DNA of 56,146 nt, filler included, from Bipalium vagum (Eukaryota): NCBI GenBank assembly GCA_037834085.1. It is 3 parts of 3 records of this genome, joined end to end, with 100 filler letters (N's around TTAATTAATTAA, not from the genome) between each part and the next. Parts side by side here need not be neighbours in the genome. Positions count along the whole stretch, not along the records: positions 40,290 to 56,146 come from JBBMKC010141991.1; 2 more parts are not named here. One strand, given 5' to 3'. Below the pieces are notes generated by a model. The model saw only the letters and a list, made by a program, of their open reading frames with translations. It made no database searches and had not been told where the DNA came from. Below are positions 53,101 through 56,146 of this stretch, in pieces; within the stretch, counting starts at the first letter, position 1, and every line of letters begins with the position of its first letter. A program made the translations under genes and the position numbers.

Positions 53101-53859
53101 ATGAACAGAAAGTAAGTGATGTTGATTGTATTATAATATCAAATATTAATAAATTAAATAAACAAAAATAATTATTGATCTAATTAACCGAAACATTTTT
53201 AGAAAATTATAATTTAAAATTCCTACACGAGGTATCATAACAAATACATTGCTGAACATCAGAATTCAGAACATTATGTTTCCAAAGATAGAGTAGTTGA
53301 CCATCCTCACACTCCAATCACACATATAAGAAGTCCGACTCAATTCCAATTTTTAATTTTTAATTCTTTTTATTATCACTTTCGGTTCAAAATCAATTGA
53401 TATCTTCCGACATTTTCCGAAATGAGATCTCAGAAGATAGGGAGACAGCAAAATGAATTTATGAATCCTGTGTCACTTATCACTTGTGCTATGTCATCAA
53501 TATTTTGTTTTTTATTTGTTTAAATCCGACATTTTCATTTTGGATATTTTTGGATAATTTATATGATAAAATTCAATTTTTCACTAAGAGAATTTTTGCT
53601 AAAATTGTATTAGTATCATTCCTTTTATAATTTTCAATTTTTGACGGTTATAAAATAAATATAAATATAAATGAATAAATATTTTATTTTATTTTTATTT
53701 CTTAAATATATCCACATGAAATTTGTTTTACTAAATTAATATAATAAATAATAATGGTGGTAAACCAAACCACTCAAAAAATGAAGTGACATGTTGTTCT
53801 ATTTGACTTGAGAGCTGATCATTCCGATTTAGAAATCGCTCGATTTTAAAAAGTCCCAC

Positions 53860-54865
53860 GATTATTTTTACATAAAGTACGCCAAGGCCTTCAATCCGAT
53901 CATGGAACATTGTCAAAAACAGCAAAGCGTAAGATAAAATCGAAACACTGTGACATGATGAGAACAGATGATTTTATCAAGGAAATTAAGCGTAATCTTA
54001 ATAATAATCTCAGAAATTCCATAATTTCCTTGCCAAAATTTCTAGATCACAGAAGAAATAATCGAAAATGTTGTCTATGAAAACATGGGATACAAATTGT
54101 ATGTGCTGAAGAAAAAACAATTTCTCTCAAAAAATTTAAAAATCGTTAAATCAAATCTAAAATTCTCCAAACCAGACTCAAACATCCAGCAAAACAAGAT
54201 CTGATTTGTTTTTTCAGATAACAAATAATCTTAGACCAAGATTGCAAGGTTAACACAAGAAATGATTGATGGGTATTTAATGATCCTTATGAAATATTAA
54301 AAGTCATGGAAAATAAATTTTCAGCATCTATCAAGGTTTTAGAGATAGTAATCAGTGAAAGATATGTGATGCTTCCACGCTTCTGCTCACAAAGCCTTAG
54401 AGTGAGTTCTACTGTCTACATTTAGTTCCTGAAAAAAGTTATGAATCTCTGGATTGAATCAGTACAAGATGGAAAATTCAATTAACTCAATGAATGAGTG
54501 AAAATTTCCATGACCAAGTCACTCTCGATATTTGGCCTACAAGCTTCCAGACTTAAATTTATGTGACTGTTATTGAGAAATGGGTCAATGAACACTTCCA
54601 CATTACTTAAGATTCGCCGAAAGCCGCCATACTCATAGTAATGTCCAATAAGAACTAGAATCACCTAGTTAAGGACTGCAGACTACTTCAATCTCGTGCG
54701 GAAGCAGTGATCCACGTTGATGGTGGTTTTTTAAAATAAAATTATAAAAAATTTTATTACTTTTTTATTCGTGTACAACTTTTAATCAATAAAGTTATTA
54801 CTTGTTATTATATTCCTGTTTTCCCTGAGTCACCAATATATCCTCAAAAGCCTCACGCTCATTGT
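53860..54865 (+). mobile_element. Second maT/DD37D-like transposon relic (different family from 13032)
   Basis: Reads MGYKLYVLKKKQFLS and DQDCKVNTRND*WVFNDPYEILKVMENKFSASIKVLEIVISERYVMLPRFCSQSLRV...WIESV, then MSENFHDQVTLDIWP and SRAEAVIHVDGGF. These match the maT consensus DQKVNRRNDRW...HTKFPA.VMVLGVVS.EG.VMPP.FF..GLRVN. Confidence 0.85.
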
Positions 54866-56069
54866 ATATATATTTTATTATAAATGTAGTATTTTATTTA
54901 AATATATAAAATATAAAAATATAATAATTATTGAGCCTCATTAATCTTTAAAAAATGGTTTGGTAAATTAAAAATTAATAATAATTGATAATTTTTTCCA
55001 TTTATTTACCAATAATATTTTATTGAATTTGTCAATAATTTCTTGTATTTAACATTTTAAATGATTTTTGTGCAATGATTTTCGTTAATAATCCAATTTT
55101 AATAATCATATTAAACATTCATTTGTAATAATTATTATATTTTGATCTTTTATTATAAAAGAGAAAAATCGAATTGTTTTTAATATTTATTTATAACTCA
55201 GTTTCCATAGCATGTTTTCATGAAAAAACCAATTCATCTTAAGAGAATTTTGTTTTTGTTTTCAGACTCCTTATATTATCTGTTTTATGAATATTATTTG
55301 AACTGCAGACAAACAAATTTAATGTCAGTCGACTCTAACTAAGAAGGATTAGAGAACTTTTCCTACTGAAAACTCCAAATCAGCAAAATTTGTCTTAATT
55401 CAAAGTTTATTATTAATAATTAAATAAAAACTAGTAAATAAATTTTAATTAATTAATTAATTAATAATAAAATGGAAAAGTACAATATTTTTAGGAGTTT
55501 GTTTATTTTGTTTTTGAAAAATAAGTAATTAAAACAAAAAAAAATATCGTACGAATCAAAATGGCGGGAAATGGATTAAATTTTAATTAATTTTTAATTT
55601 TTATTTTTCACATAACAGATGTAAAGCCAAAACATAAATAACATTGAAATTGATTGTAAAAGTGAATATGTTTGAAATAGTTTTCTAATTTGATAAAGTG
55701 AAATGTCAGGCTTTAACTATAGTGGCAAAGCAGCGGCGGTTCAGTCAGAGGAGGCGTACAGCACCAATTTAAATGACAATCACATCCGAAACGTTCCTCG
55801 TTCCCTTTTTTCCATGATGAAACAGAAAAACAAGCCATGTGCGACTGGAAATGTCTGCTAACCGTGTTTGAGTACTGACAAGATTTTTTCTTCATTTTTC
55901 CTCCATGATAACCTCTTTGGGGCAAATTTACATTGGGAAAAAAATATATAATGAAATACTTTATAAGTACATTAATAAAGCACATTAATGGATTCCTTTG
56001 ATAATTTTTATAATAATAATTTTTCAAAATATTTCTACGTTCATTATTATTTCAATTGATTAGTCTTTA

Positions 56070-56072
<3 letters not shown>

Positions 56073-56139
<67 letters not shown>

Positions 56140-56146
56140 TATTATT
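56073..56146. repeat. (ATT)n microsatellite
   Basis: Pure att repeat to the window end. Confidence 0.95.

Noticed and set aside
1-56146. CRISPR arrays, operons, rRNA/tRNA genes or prokaryotic defence systems
   Set aside because: The sequence is intron-containing animal DNA; no regularly spaced repeat-spacer array or structural RNA gene was recognisable.

Overview
Very AT-rich eukaryotic (animal) genomic DNA, not prokaryotic. It has GT-AG spliced genes, long (AAT/ATT)n microsatellites and two artificial 100-nt scaffolding spacers (N44-TTAATTAATTAA-N44). Three host protein-coding loci are supported: (1) one internal minus-strand exon (10998-11396) of a group II-like metabotropic glutamate receptor covering TM1-TM4; (2) a complete 4-exon plus-strand RSPH9 radial spoke head gene (18822-25606, 277 aa when spliced); (3) a divergent plastin/fimbrin-like gene whose four CH domains lie in one uninterrupted exon (30027-31577), probably with a 10-codon first exon at 28687-28716 and no EF-hand headpiece. 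Most other recognisable sequence is decayed cut-and-paste DNA transposons: several mariner subfamilies, Tc1 DD34E, maT/DD37D-like, rosa-like, pogo/Tigger and hAT including a Buster-type MITE. None has an intact transposase. The host is a ciliated, probably nervous-system-bearing invertebrate; a flatworm or other spiralian is a guess only. I found no convincing new multi-gene system. The best novelty candidate is the headless, probably retroposed plastin. Transposon coordinates are approximate unless TIR/TSD positions are given.
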